From Negaprion brevirostris (lineage: Eukaryota), in NCBI GenBank assembly GCA_030324005.1, contig JARDVH010000001.1:118475597-118539596 (forward strand): a stretch of DNA of 64,000 nucleotides. Reading direction: 5' to 3'. The notes beneath the pieces are model-generated. The model saw only the letters and a program-made list of their open reading frames with translations, searched no databases and had not been told where the DNA came from. Below, one piece after another: positions 1-11,399 of this stretch (within the stretch, counting starts at the first letter, position 1; each line of letters opens with the position of its first letter). Position numbers and translations under genes: made by a program.

Positions 1-76
1 ATTGAATGGAGGGGCAGGCTCGAAGGGCTAGATGGCCTACTCCTGCTCCTATTTCTTATGTTCTTATGTTCTTATG
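1..76 (+). mobile_element. CR1 LINE 3' end with (TTCTTATG)3 tail
   Basis: GGCAGGCTCGAAGGGCTAGATGGCCTACTCCTGCTCCTAT followed by three 8-bp TTCTTATG units at 53-76, the typical CR1 terminal stem plus octamer tail. Confidence 0.85.
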
Positions 77-80
77 ATAT

Positions 81-373
81 GGTGCCACGGTGGCATAGTG
101 GTTACCACTGCTACTCACACCGCTAGGGACCCAGGTTCCCAGTTTGGTTCACTGTCTGTGTGGAGTTTGCACATTCTCCCTATATCTGTGTGGGTTTCTT
201 CCCACAGTCTAAAGATGTACGTGTTAGGTGGAGTGGCCAAATTGCTAAATTGTCCCTTCATGTCAGGGGCATTATCTAGGATAAATGCATGGGGCTATCA
301 GGATAGGGCCTGGGTGGGATTGTGGTCATGGCAGACTGGATGGGTCGAATGGCTTCCTTCTGCACTGTAGGAT
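81..373 (+). mobile_element. HE1-type tRNA-derived V-SINE
   Basis: A-box-like GGTGGCATAGTGGTTA, V-domain CTGTCTGTGTGGAGTTTGCACATTCTCCC, CR1-like tail GGTCGAATGGCTTCCTTCTGCACTGTAGGAT. Confidence 0.85.
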
Positions 374-744
374 GTTGGGGGATGATATAATATAGTCTGG
401 TACCTAGTGTATGGAAATAAAGGTAACTGGAAATATGGGCTCGTTGGAGCAATACTGATTATGAGGCATTACTTTAGAAGTGCTTAAATGTATAAAAGGA
501 TGGGATAAGGTAGACGAAGTAAAAACAGCAAATGTCATTGATCTGAAATATTGGGCTGAATTCTGCCACAAACGGTCCAATCCTGATATCTGGGTGAATT
601 CCAGGAAGGGAAACTCAGGTAGGATGCCGGAAGCCAGCTAAGATGATGCCTCTGGAAATCGTAATCACTGAGGATGACAGCTGTCCAAGCAGCACAACCT
701 GTGAAGAAGGCTGCCATTTGCCATCACAGTATGGATGATGCCTC

Positions 745-981
745 GAGTGACTGCCTGTGTGGAGTTTGCACATTCTCTCTGTGTCTATGTGGGTTTCTCC
801 TGGCTGTTCTGGTTTCCTTCCACCCTCCTAAGATGTTGATTGGCCATGATAAATTGCTGTTCGTGTCAGGGGTATTAGCAGGGTAAATATATAGGGTTAT
901 GGGGATAGGCCTGTGTGGGATTGTTGTTGGTGCAGGCTTGATGGGCTGAATGGCCACCTCCTGCACTGTCAGGATTCTATG
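745..981 (+). mobile_element. HE1-type V-SINE, 5'-truncated
   Basis: TGTGTGGAGTTTGCACATTCTC core and tail GGGCTGAATGGCCACCTCCTGCACTGTCAGGATTCTATG. Confidence 0.8.
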
Positions 982-1589
982 CCTGGCTGTCAGCAGCAAC
1001 AGCGGCACCATGAAGGCACCTTCAGTGGGAGGGAAATGGCTGCAGTCACAACAGGGCCAGCAATTAGTAGAGACATCAGTCTCCATGAAGGTTGCAAGGA
1101 CATGCTTCCTGTTTGGGGATGGATCTCCTTTGTAAGTTACTGCCAACAAATAAATGTAAACCCTTTGAATTGCAGTTTGGACCTTTGCTGCACAGCTGCT
1201 CTGATACATTTTCGGACTTCAGACTCAGTGGAGAGTCCTTATACCCCAGGAGAAATCTCTTACAGCCACGGAAAATTGCAGATAATGGGTTCATTGCTGG
1301 TCTTAATCAGCTTCCCACTGCTGCTAGGCAGTTTGCCGTTGAAGCTGCCAGTTCATGTCTCAATGTACACCAATACATGAATGCTTCACTGAAACAACCT
1401 TTCCAAATGTCCACATGCTCCTGTCACCAGGGTTGCAACTGTGTGCTTAGAGCAATTCTGCCTACTGACTGGTCCTTGCTCCACAGTTGCTGCCAGATCT
1501 GCTGAGCATCTGTTTTTATCTCTGATTTCCAGTATCCAAAATATTTTGCTTTTATGTAAGATAATGGGAAGCAGCTTGTTACTCACCTT

Positions 1590-1862
1590 TGAGGGGTCTA
1601 GAACAAAGAAGCATTGGTACATGATTAGATGATCATGAGATTTAGAACACAAAGAAACTTCTTTACACAGAGAATTGTGAGGCTGTGGGATTCACTTCCA
1701 GGGTTAGTATTTATGGCAGAAACTGTTAACATTGGATTGGATAGATGCAATTAATTAGCTATTGGAGCAGGGTTGTAAACACATTTTGGACTATCTACAT
1801 AAATGGACAGTGACATGACTTGTTTGGGTTAATTGGCCTGTTTCTGTGATGTACTTTCTATT
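1590..1862 (+). mobile_element. old CR1 LINE 3' fragment
   Basis: Encodes NFFTQRIVRLWDSLP, the CR1 ORF2 C-terminal motif, followed by a degenerate CR1 tail. Confidence 0.7.
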
Positions 1863-4026
1863 TTTTTGAGGCACTTGGCTTCTTTGAGTTGGCCTGGGTT
1901 ATATTTTGACTTCACTGTCTGGGATTTGTACTGATGGAGCAGATTGCACACTTATTGTCAAACCTGCCCAATTTTCATTCCATTTCTTTCAGTGCATTTG
2001 TCAAGCTTCTCCAGGATTTCTGCCAGTATTATGGAATGATATCAACCCCATGGAATTGTTGCCAGTAGCCTAAGTGCATGCTTACAGAAGAAAATGAGGT
2101 TAACAGCCAGTGTGGGATCCTTAATTAGAACGGCTGATACGTTTCAACCTTTTCTTTCAGATGGCAACTGACCTGATATGTACTTGAAAATTTTATTTTA
2201 GTCTCATTTTCCTTTCTTATCTCGGCTGCACACGCATGCTGAAGGCATCCCTGCTGTTGATAAGTCAAACAGTGTGACTGTACTGGCAGCTCTATTGTTC
2301 ATATGGAGGAATGACTTTAATGGATGGGGGAAAAAGTGCCTGTTGTTTCAGATCGAATGTCTCTGACAACTTAATTAGCTCACATTCCCATTACGAAGAC
2401 TGCACCATGTTATTAGAATCTACTGGAATCCTCCCCTTCATGTTGTCTTCTTGTGTAATATCTGAAGCCAAAGTATTGTGCCATATATTAAAAAAAAGAG
2501 ACCAAGGTTTCTGTTACAAACTAACACATTGAACACAAACTTGTAATTATAGCATCAAAAATGGTATGGAGGTTGTTGTTGTTTACTCTGCGATGGGGAT
2601 GCTGCGTTCAGCCACAGTAACTGCAAAGATATAGTTCTGTCATTAATAAACACTGTTGTTTATCTGTAATGTTGGCTGTGAAGAACAGCGGGTTGAAAGC
2701 TTTTCCTCTCTGCCATCGATTGCAACTACATGTAGGATACAGCCTCTGAGGCATTTGCCAGTGGAAATCTACTTTATATTCAAACTGTTGTTGCTTGCTA
2801 ACATCAGTGAATGATGGAAAATGTACCTCACAGACTGTGTAAGCTATGTAAACAAACCATGTACAGTAACAGCATGTTCAGATAACAGGATTCTAATGCC
2901 AAGGAAAATCATTGCAATTTGCAACCCCTCATATTTTTAAATAGATGTTTGTTTCTGAATTAAGCCATGTGCTAACTTTGTTTTTTTTTAGGTAGACCTT
3001 GTTGTTTAGTGCACAGTAAGAAGATTATAAAATAGTATTTTATGAAGGAACGATGCTAGCGTGGAGAAGCTCCCCATCATCACCTGTCAGTATATCATTT
3101 CAGGAGTAACAGACCTTGCATGATCTGTTTTCAGTATAAATTAACAGCAAGTTCATGAATAGTTATGATACTTCAAAAAAAATCACAACTGCAGTATTTC
3201 CCTACTTTATAACTATATGTAGTTTTTGACAGGACACAGTGATGCTTTGATTCAAGATAGATCAGGAGTTGGAACATGTGCTATTAATTTTCTGGGCCAA
3301 TTCATTGCAAGGCAAAAAGATTTTTGGACAGTAAAATGAGGATGTAGGACGAAGATTTGCAATCTTTGCAAGAACAGCACAGAATAATTAACTGTGGGAT
3401 ATTTTCTATTGAGCTGTTTACATAATTTTTTTTAACAGCAAATTGTTGCTTTCTGGAGTGGAGGGAATTAATCTTCGATGTTGTGAGAGTAGAATAAAAG
3501 TAGAAGAAAAACAGATGTTCAGAAAAAGGAATATTACAAATATTAGACATGAAACAAAGAAAATGTGGAAACTACACAGCAATTCTGAAAAAGGAACAAC
3601 GCATGCTTATTTTGGGTTCTGATAAAGGCTTGTGTTTAATTTGTTACGTATTTTCAAAATGTTCTGTTAACAAGATTTTATTTCTGAGTTAAGGTCTCTG
3701 TTAGTTTTTTTTAAATAAAGAAAGGTGTTATTATTTAGAGCACAGTCAGAGGGCTCTGAAAGCTGTTTTAAACAATGCTGGTGCTGAGCTTTGGCAGATA
3801 TGTGGTTAGTAAAACAGAGTGGACATGAATGGACTTTTCGGTTCTGCACACTTCCCATTTTGAAGTACAGCAATCAAGAGGAATCGGGTGGAGAAGAGTA
3901 AACAGGAAGCAAAAAAAATCAGAGGTAGCATCGTGCCTGGATGCATTGTGTGAGCAGTGCTACAAGGGACGTTAGCAACCTGGAAGCGGACAGCTAGTTA
4001 GCTGCAGGAATCATCCGAGAATCAAA

Positions 4027-4260
4027 TAGCATAGAAGGAGACCAATCAGCCCATTGTGTGCCACCTTTTGGAACGTGCTATCTAATTCAGTCTAATTGCT
4101 GCTCTATCCCATTAGCACTGCAGACTTTTCCTTTTTGAACTGTACATCCAGTTTCCTTTTGGGAAGTTACAATTGAAACTATTTCTACCACCCTTTCAGA
4201 CAGTGCAAAACTCATGATATGAAAAAAAATTGGTTCTTTTGCCAATTATCTTAAATCTGC
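4027..4260 (-). mobile_element. CR1 LINE 3' fragment
   Basis: Reverse CR1 tail (CATAGAAGGAGACCAATCAGCCCATTGTG) and CR1 3' motifs such as CTACCACCCTTTCAGACAGTGCA. Confidence 0.65.
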
Positions 4261-4291
4261 CCTCAGATAAATCAGATTTATCTTAAATCTG

Positions 4292-4423
4292 GTCACCTGA
4301 TGAAGAGGGAAACCTCGAAAGCTTGAGAGTTTACTATCAAATAAATTGGTTGGACTTAAACGCGGTGTTATCAGACCTCTTGCTGTGTTTACCCCAGTCC
4401 AACACCAGCATCTCCACATCATG
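4292..4423 (+). mobile_element. Penelope-like element pseudo-LTR fragment
   Basis: CTGATGAAG...CGAAAGCTTG, AATAAA, then the terminus TGTGTTTACCCCAGTCCAACACCAGCATCTCCACATCATG shared with copies at 5365, 12400, 44277 and 52687. Confidence 0.75.
4293..4328 (+). ncRNA. minimal type I hammerhead ribozyme motif (Penelope-associated)
   Basis: TCAC-CTGATGA-A-GAGG-GAAA-CCTC-GAAA-GC-T-T-GAGA: intact CUGANGA and GAAA boxes, 4-bp stem II with GAAA loop, palindromic AGCT in place of stem III, stem I with one mismatch. Confidence 0.6.
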
Positions 4424-5019
4424 GGTGCAGCAACCAGACCATTAGTCAGAATGGATGGTGTGCAAGTTCTTTCAAAGAACCATTATTGCAAAGTTAAAGG
4501 CTCATCATGCGTAAGATGTCTTATCTGCTTATATGCTGAACATAGAATTCTGTCAGCTTATACAGGGTTTTAATTCTATCATCCTGTCACCTTTACATCT
4601 TGAGCATAGTTTGCTTATGGAACGTTTGGAGGATGGGCTCTCAATTATCGTCATATGAGTGGGCCAAGTTGTGAATGACTTATTGTCATGTATGTTTGCA
4701 ATAGGTGAGGCTCATGGTTATGGTGGTGAGGGTTTCAGCCATATGAATGTGACAGACTCATTGATTCTCTCCCTTGTGGGGGACGGGCAGTCCCTCAAGT
4801 AATTGTGGAGTCAATGTACAATATTCTTCAGGGGAAAGGGTGTCATCAGGGACTGCTTGATGGCAGCTGTGAAATCTGAGAACCTTAGGAGAATATATTT
4901 TGCTCAAGGACCCATCTGGTGAAGATTTCCTTCTGCCCAGATTCAGTCTCAACTATATAGCTGTGCCAGCCACCTCATCTGCCACTTTGGCGGCCTCCTC
5001 ATCCTCACTCATTTTGGGA

Positions 5020-5264
5020 TCTTCCAAATGAACAAGGGCATTCTCCTCTTCCTCCTCCTCCTCAGAGGCTGGAACTCTGCCCATAGGTGTTGTCTTCATT
5101 TATTTGTGTGCTCCCTTCACCGCACAGTGTTGTGCAGGATGCAACGCACCACTGTTGTTCTTTGATATCCTTGCAGGGGCAAATTGTAGACTTTCACCTG
5201 AGAGCTTGAGGCACTTGAAGCACAACTTTAAAATGCCAAATTCCTGCTCGTTGGTGCTCCCAGT
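5020..5264 (-). mobile_element. PIF/Harbinger transposase C-terminal remnant
   Basis: Minus-strand EQEFGILKLCFKCLKLSGESLQFAPARISK, then a frameshift to CILHN and an acidic tract, matching the HARBI1-family ERxFGxLKxRFRCL...CxLHN motif; runs into an N gap. Confidence 0.75.
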
Positions 5265-5364
5265 NNNNNNNNNNNNNNNNNNNNNNNNNNNNNNNNNNNN
5301 NNNNNNNNNNNNNNNNNNNNNNNNNNNNNNNNNNNNNNNNNNNNNNNNNNNNNNNNNNNNNNNN

Positions 5365-5494
5365 GTCACCTGATGAAGAGGGAAACCTCGAAAGCTTGAG
5401 AGTTTACTATCAAATAAATGGGTTGGACTTAAACCTGGTGTTGTCAGACTTCTTACTGTGTTTACCCCAGTCCAACGCCAGCATCTCCACATCA
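5365..5494 (+). mobile_element. Penelope-like pseudo-LTR fragment with hammerhead motif (5366-5401)
   Basis: Near-copy of 4292-4423 with an identical hammerhead motif; 5' side truncated by an N gap. Confidence 0.75.
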
Positions 5495-5749
5495 TACTGA
5501 TGCTGTTGCCTTATCTATGAAAAACATTCATAATTTTGAAAGCGGCTATGAAAAATGCATTACAGGATCTTGTGACTTCAGATAAATTTTTATCTTCTTG
5601 AGAATGTGCTAACTCATTTTGGGATATAGGCCCATATTGGTTGGCAACCTTCTGGTGCCTTGCTCCTATGATCATTATTGACAATCAGAATGTACGGAGT
5701 GCCAGGAGTCCAATCAACTGTAGGAGGCACCACAGCCAAACCCAAACAG

Positions 5750-6605
5750 CTCTTCCTTGAACAGACATCCTCCACCATCTTCCTACCCCTGGTTGAACTT
5801 ACTCTGTCATTGAACAATTTGCCTTTTAGCTTGGCTCACTTCCTCCAAATAATAGATGTTGCTAAGGGTATCTGCGTAGGTCCTGCCTGTCTTTTTGTTG
5901 GGTAAATGGAACAATTCTTTTGAACGGCCCCATCAGGCCCCCTTCCCCAACTCTTTCAGCACATTGCTGAATGTATTGGTGCTGTTTTCTGCTCTCACCA
6001 GAACTGGCAAACTCAAATCAGCTTTGCTTCCAATTTTTGCCCTTCTCTCACTTTCATGAGATCCAGAGATGGCACTTCCTTTCTCCTCGTTGGCTTCTTT
6101 GTCTCCATTTCTTGTGATTAAGTTCTCTGCTAATAGTATAAGCTCACTGACTCTCAGAACTACAGTGACTGCATCTCTGCACCCACTGCTTCCTGTAAGG
6201 ACTTCATTACATTCTCCCAGTTTCTTGGCCTCATGTCGCATATGTTCCAAAGATGCACCATTCCAGCAGTGCTTCTGACCTGTCTTCCTTTTTCCTCAAC
6301 TGACGACTACCCTCTTCACTCTGAAGGGATCTATCCCTCTGCACCATCATGGTCCACTTCTCTAACACCCCAATATCTCATCCCTCTCCCATGCAATCGT
6401 AGAAGGCGTAATGCCTGCCCTGTTACCTCCTAGTTGCTCAAGACTCTGAACACTCATTTTGGGTATGGCAGTTGTGGGGGACCCAAATAATTGTCCTCAA
6501 CCTGCTACATGTTCCAGTGAAGCTCAACACAAACTCCAGAACAACAACTTATCTCCTGATTAGACACTTGGCAGTCTTCTGGACGCAATATTGAGTTCAA
6601 CAATA
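5750..6605 (+). mobile_element. Penelope-like retroelement, decayed RT plus GIY-YIG ORF
   Basis: LVELTLSLNNLPFSLAHFLQIIDVAKGICVGPACLFVG (Penelope RT), SHPASCKDF...SQF..CRICS thumb region, PCNRRRRNACP linker, and EAQHKL..LIS.LDT....NIEFNN endonuclease C-terminus; many stops and frameshifts. Confidence 0.8.
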
Positions 6606-6694
6606 AACTGACTGTAAACGCTATCCCCCATACTGATTTTGATTTTTTTTTTGCAATATGCAGGTTGGAATCTTGTTTTTCATATTTTTGCCTT

Positions 6695-7697
6695 CAAGAG
6701 TAGGCCATTTGAACGTGCTCCACCCTTTTGAACCTGCTCCACCTTTCATTGTAATCATCCAACTTAACCAGCTCTTTTCCCCTTCCCTCCCATACTCTTC
6801 GATCATTTTTGCCACATAAGTTAAATCTAACTCTTTCTTTAAAATATATAACTTTTTTGGTCTCAACTACTTTCTTTGGTGACAAATTCCACAGGCTTAC
6901 TGTTCTCTGGATGAAGAAATTTTTCCTGATCTCAGTTCTAAAAGTTTTAGCCCTTATGCTTAGACTATGATCCCTGGTTCTGGACTCCCCCATGCCCTTC
7001 CTGCATCTATTGTTTATCCTGTTAGAATTTTATTGGTTTCAATAACACTGGGNNNNNNNNNNNNNNNNNNNNNNNNNNNNNNNNNNNNNNNNNNNNNNNN
7101 NNNNNNNNNNNNNNNNNNNNNNNNNNNNNNNNNNNNNNNNNNNNNNNNNNNNNNNNNNNNNNNNNNNNNNNNNNNNNNNNNNNNNNNNNNNNNNNNNNNN
7201 NNNCCAAAACTGCACACAACATTCCAGGTGTGGCCTTCCCAAGGCCCAGTGTAGTTAGAGCAAGACACCCCTGCTGCTGTACTTGAATCCTCTTGCTATG
7301 AAGGCCACCTGCTGCACTTGCACGCTTGTATTAAGTGACTGGTGTACATGGACACCCACACCTCATTACACATTCTCCTCTCTTAATTCATAGCCATTCA
7401 ATTAATAATCTGCCTCCCTGTTTTTGCTACAAATATGGATACCCTCACATTTATCCACATATGAATGTATTTGCTCACTGACTCAGCTTGTCCAAATCAC
7501 ATTGTAGCGTTTCTGCATCCTCCTCGCAGTTCACCCTCACACTCAGCTTTGTGTGATCTGCAAATTTGGAGATATTACATTTAGTTCCTTCATCAAAATC
7601 ATTAATGTATATAGTGAATAGCTGGGGTCCTGGCACCAATCCTTGTGGTACCTCACTAGTCACTGCCTGCCATTCAGAAAAAGACCCATTTATTTGG
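6695..7697 (-). mobile_element. CR1 LINE 3' part, inserted in the Penelope remnant
   Basis: Minus-strand WQAVTSEVPQGLVPGPQLFTIYIND...ISKFADHTKL, RPHLECCVQFW and RTRDHSL...NFFIQRTVSLWNL. Confidence 0.9.
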
Positions 7698-7699
7698 AT

Positions 7700-8000
7700 A
7701 ACATTGTTCATTCTTCTGCCATTTGTATTCATTCTGAAAAAATGCTTTGCTGCTTTGCTAAATTCATTCTCGCTTCCTTTGCCCTTTGTTCTATGATATC
7801 TTTGTCATTTGATCTTTCCTGGCCACTAACCTATCCCCAACTTTTCCTTTTGTTCTTCCTTCCTCTCACCTCTATCAATGATATAAAACCCATCAGATTT
7901 CCACTTTCCTTCAGTTCTGAAGAAGTAATATTTGACTTGAAACAGTAATTCTGCTTTTCTCTCCACAAATGCTTCCAGACTTGAGTATTTTCAGCACTTT
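7700..8000 (+). mobile_element. Penelope 3' end / pseudo-LTR, continuation of 5750-6605
   Basis: CAGTTCTGAAGAAG...GACTTGAAAC (decayed hammerhead) followed by TCTCTCCACAAATGCTTCCAGACTTGAGTATTTTCAGCA. Confidence 0.7.
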
Positions 8001-8879
8001 GGTGAAGATCTGTTCAGAAATGGAAACAAACATCAGTTTTCAACCAGGAGTGACTGCACAGTTACTAGGATCAGTTACTCTGGCTATATCTTTCTTCCCA
8101 ATTTATGTGATGCGAAATGGATAATATTGATCATATCTATTATCTTGATTGAGATTGGCAAAGATCCCCCAGGGATCATACCCAGGATCTATATGGGTCA
8201 GTACCGCAGTAGGCCATGCATTTAATCCTGGACCCTCAGGAGTTCTGAAATATTTCTCGGGGTTAATTTTTAAACTTTGTGCTACTGGTGGGGAGCTTTG
8301 CGATTTTCCTGTAAATTTTGTATTTAGAAAGATGGTAACATATAGCTTTCTGACTGCTTGCATCATAATTTCTGTTTTTGATGCTCTGTTAGGTCTTGTT
8401 ACTGAGGAGATGGACTACGGGTGCCAAATAAGTCATATACCATCAATTAACCGACTGTATTAATTCAGCTATAAACCTGTCCTGCCTGATGAATTAGCTA
8501 TCCAATATTTAACATAAATAATGGTCCAAAAATTAGTCTGCACCATTTTTAGCTATGATTCATGATCCATCTGTGCCTGGTCCCTTTTGAGGTTGGCAAT
8601 GTGCAAACTTCATGTTAGGTCCTTATTTGCTTCATTTTAGTGTCAGCTGTTTTGAATGGGAGTTTGCTATTGCCTTCCATTTTAGTCACAGACCACTTGA
8701 TCATTGAGACATGTAGCGCTGGGCAACAGTGACATCAGTAGCAGACCTCGCACAACTGATCTGACTGTCAGAAAACAGCTCAGAATGGCATCAGAACAAT
8801 AAACACGGTAAATAAAACAACGTCAATGGGAGCTCCTGTCAAAGGACAGATGATGTTGGCTCAGCAAGAGAGAGAATGG

Positions 8880-9930
8880 GGCCTTCAAGGTTGAAAACAA
8901 TTATACAAATTAAACATGCTGGGGTTATGTGAATTCTGGAGGATAGAACTTCATGAGTAATGAAAAGAGAATGATCTGCTCGAGAAGAAGAAATGGAATG
9001 GGGAGTGAGACTAATACTAGACAAGGAAGTTGTTTTACTGAATGAGCAAAATGAAATGAGTCAGATAGACTGATGCTAGTGAAACTCATGTGGCGACCAG
9101 TAGACAGGATCTTTGTTCAAGTATATGTGCCTACAAGTGAACATCCGGATGAAGCTGATGAAATGTATGATAGAATTGAAGAACAAATCGAACAGGGGAA
9201 TGGAACAAGCTGTATGATTGTTATGGAAGATTGGAACAGCATTGATGGAGAAGGGAGAGACAACAAAGGAGTAGAACCATGTGGACTTGGGCAAAGAAAT
9301 GAGTGAGGCCAAAAAGTTGTAAAATTTTGTGGATGAATAGGACTCATGATAAACACATGGTTTATGCATCATAAAATAAGACGACATGCATGGAAAATGT
9401 TTGATGCAGAAAGATTTCAGCTGGGCCATATGATGGTAAGGCAAAGATACAAGAACAGTGTTAAGAATTCCAAGATTCCGCTGGGAGCTGACACAAACTC
9501 GTCATCATCTTATGGAAAGTGTGTTCCGTCTGAAGAAGGTCCAAGGTGGAATGCAAGAAAACAGTGGAACCCAAACAGACTGAAAGAAAAAGGGAGAATT
9601 TGCAAATAAAGTAAACAAAATAATAGCTAGAAAAAGCAAGGATACAACTATCACAAACGAGCAGTGGAAACTGATGAAAGAATCTGTCAAGGAAGGAGGG
9701 GCCAATGGCATTGGCTCTTAAGAGGAAAGGATCAAGGTTAAGATGACAAAGTTGCAAAAGATGAAAGAAAGGCGAAAATAGAAAATATCTATACTGAGGA
9801 AGATGAGGTGAAATACAGACACTTGAATAATGAGTCAAGAGGAAGAGAAAAGGCATAAGAACAAATGTTAGAAGACCTATGTGATCTACTGAGAGAATTG
9901 GATGGCTAGGAAGCTATACCTTATGTGTTC
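8880..9930 (+). mobile_element. RTE-clade LINE remnant, APE endonuclease region
   Basis: FVQVYVPTSEHPDEADEMYDRIEE...MIVMEDWNS...GLGQRNE and INTWFMHHKIRRHAWK...QLGHMMVRQRYKNSVKNSK, typical RTE endonuclease motifs. Confidence 0.8.
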
Positions 9931-9990
9931 AAAACCAAAAGGGATTTGCATTTGTAGAGTAAGTGGATAACATCAGACACATCATGCTTA

Positions 9991-11290
9991 TGTAATGATG
10001 ATGTATCATCACATGGCTGACAGATAGGGATCTGGAAGGAGAAGTTGCAAACATGTTTGGAGGTCCCAAAATACACATAGTAACTGTAAATATAGAATAA
10101 TAGTTTGAATAAACTTTAGTCTCGAGCAGCCTAATTGCAGAATAGAAAGCTCCAAAGAACCTCATCTAGACCCTGACTACATAAGAAAAAAGCATAGCAA
10201 TGAACAGCAAGTAAAAGACCCAACAAGCCTTATAAAGAAACTACAGACCAGACAAGTCGAAAGATACTTGAAAGAAGGACAAAAAGAACCAATTCAACGC
10301 CCACCATGGAGTGTTACGGATGCAAGCTGTAACACAGACCTCCAGTTTGGACAGCAGAGTGCAGGCCCTGAGCAGCAGCACAGAAACGGGAACAGTTACA
10401 GAGCTCAGCAAAAGCTCAAAAATACACCACCACTCCCAAAACCATTGAGCGCTGAAACCTTGCAACAGGCCCAAAACTGGGACAACTGGAGAAAGAGATT
10501 GACAAGATACTGAACCACACCTGGCTTATGCAACAAAAATCAAAAATACCAGGTCAGACCATTCATGACTTATTGTAGCTGGGTCTATTGCTGATGACGT
10601 GATATTAATGCAGGGGGCTGATGAAACTTGTTATGGAGAAGTCCTACAAGCTTTCAATTCATATTTTGGCATCAATTGGAATCGAATAATTGAAAGGACT
10701 AAATTTCAATAAAAGAAAGCAAAGGCCAGGTGAAAGCATGGATTCATATGTCCAAAGATTTATAAAGGCTGGTAGGCAATTGTGATTATAGAACCTTAAA
10801 GGACAAGTTTATTTGGCAACATAGTAGTCCTAGACAAAGCATTCTAAGAGACTAAAGAGAAGGGAGGATTTAACGTTAACAAAAGCAGTATCGCTCAGCA
10901 AACTGAGCTCGGGCAAACAGAACAGGATGTTTGTTCGCGGAGAAGGATATGACCTATTGAGAGGATTCAGTGACACCATTCAGTACGTAGGCCATAGGGA
11001 AGAAAGCATGTCAAACTGAAGCCTGCCAAAACAGTGGAAAGTACACCAACCACCATCTTGAAGTGTCATTGGCATGGAGGGTGAGATGAATGTCCAGGAG
11101 GGGGAGAAGGGTGCCACCACTGGGGAAGAATAGGCCACTTCAAAACTGTTGCTCAAAAACACTGACAACCTGCAAGAAGAGGAAGAATCACAAACAGAGG
11201 GGTAAATGATCCTGCAAATAAATACAGGAGTGTTACACTCTGGATGGACACCTCACAGTTTAAATTAGAGACAGGAGTAGCAGAAGTTTC
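9991..11290 (+). mobile_element. Gypsy LTR retrotransposon 5' remnant (possible LTR, gag, start of protease)
   Basis: TG start at 9991 with AATAAA near 10108; gag RIIERTKF..KRKQRPGESMDSY; knuckle-like CPGGGEGCHHWGRIGHF; FKLETG resembling protease KLDTG. Confidence 0.65.
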
Positions 11291-11399
11291 AGCTTTATCA
11301 GATGAAATTAAATGGCTCAAACGATTACATTGCAACATCATCTCTCAAATTACAGGATCCTGTTGGGACAAACTCGTGGCAAAGTTGAAGTATAAAGGG

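Noticed and set aside
32-1505. Cluster of overlapping 110-160 aa ORFs
   Set aside because: They run through HE1 SINEs and adjacent DNA and show no protein motif; similar peptides recur at every HE1 copy
7912-7952. Functional hammerheads at 7912, 12434, 13820 (minus) and 28371
   Set aside because: Each has lost a core base, stem II pairing or the GAAA/palindrome segment, so they are treated as decayed
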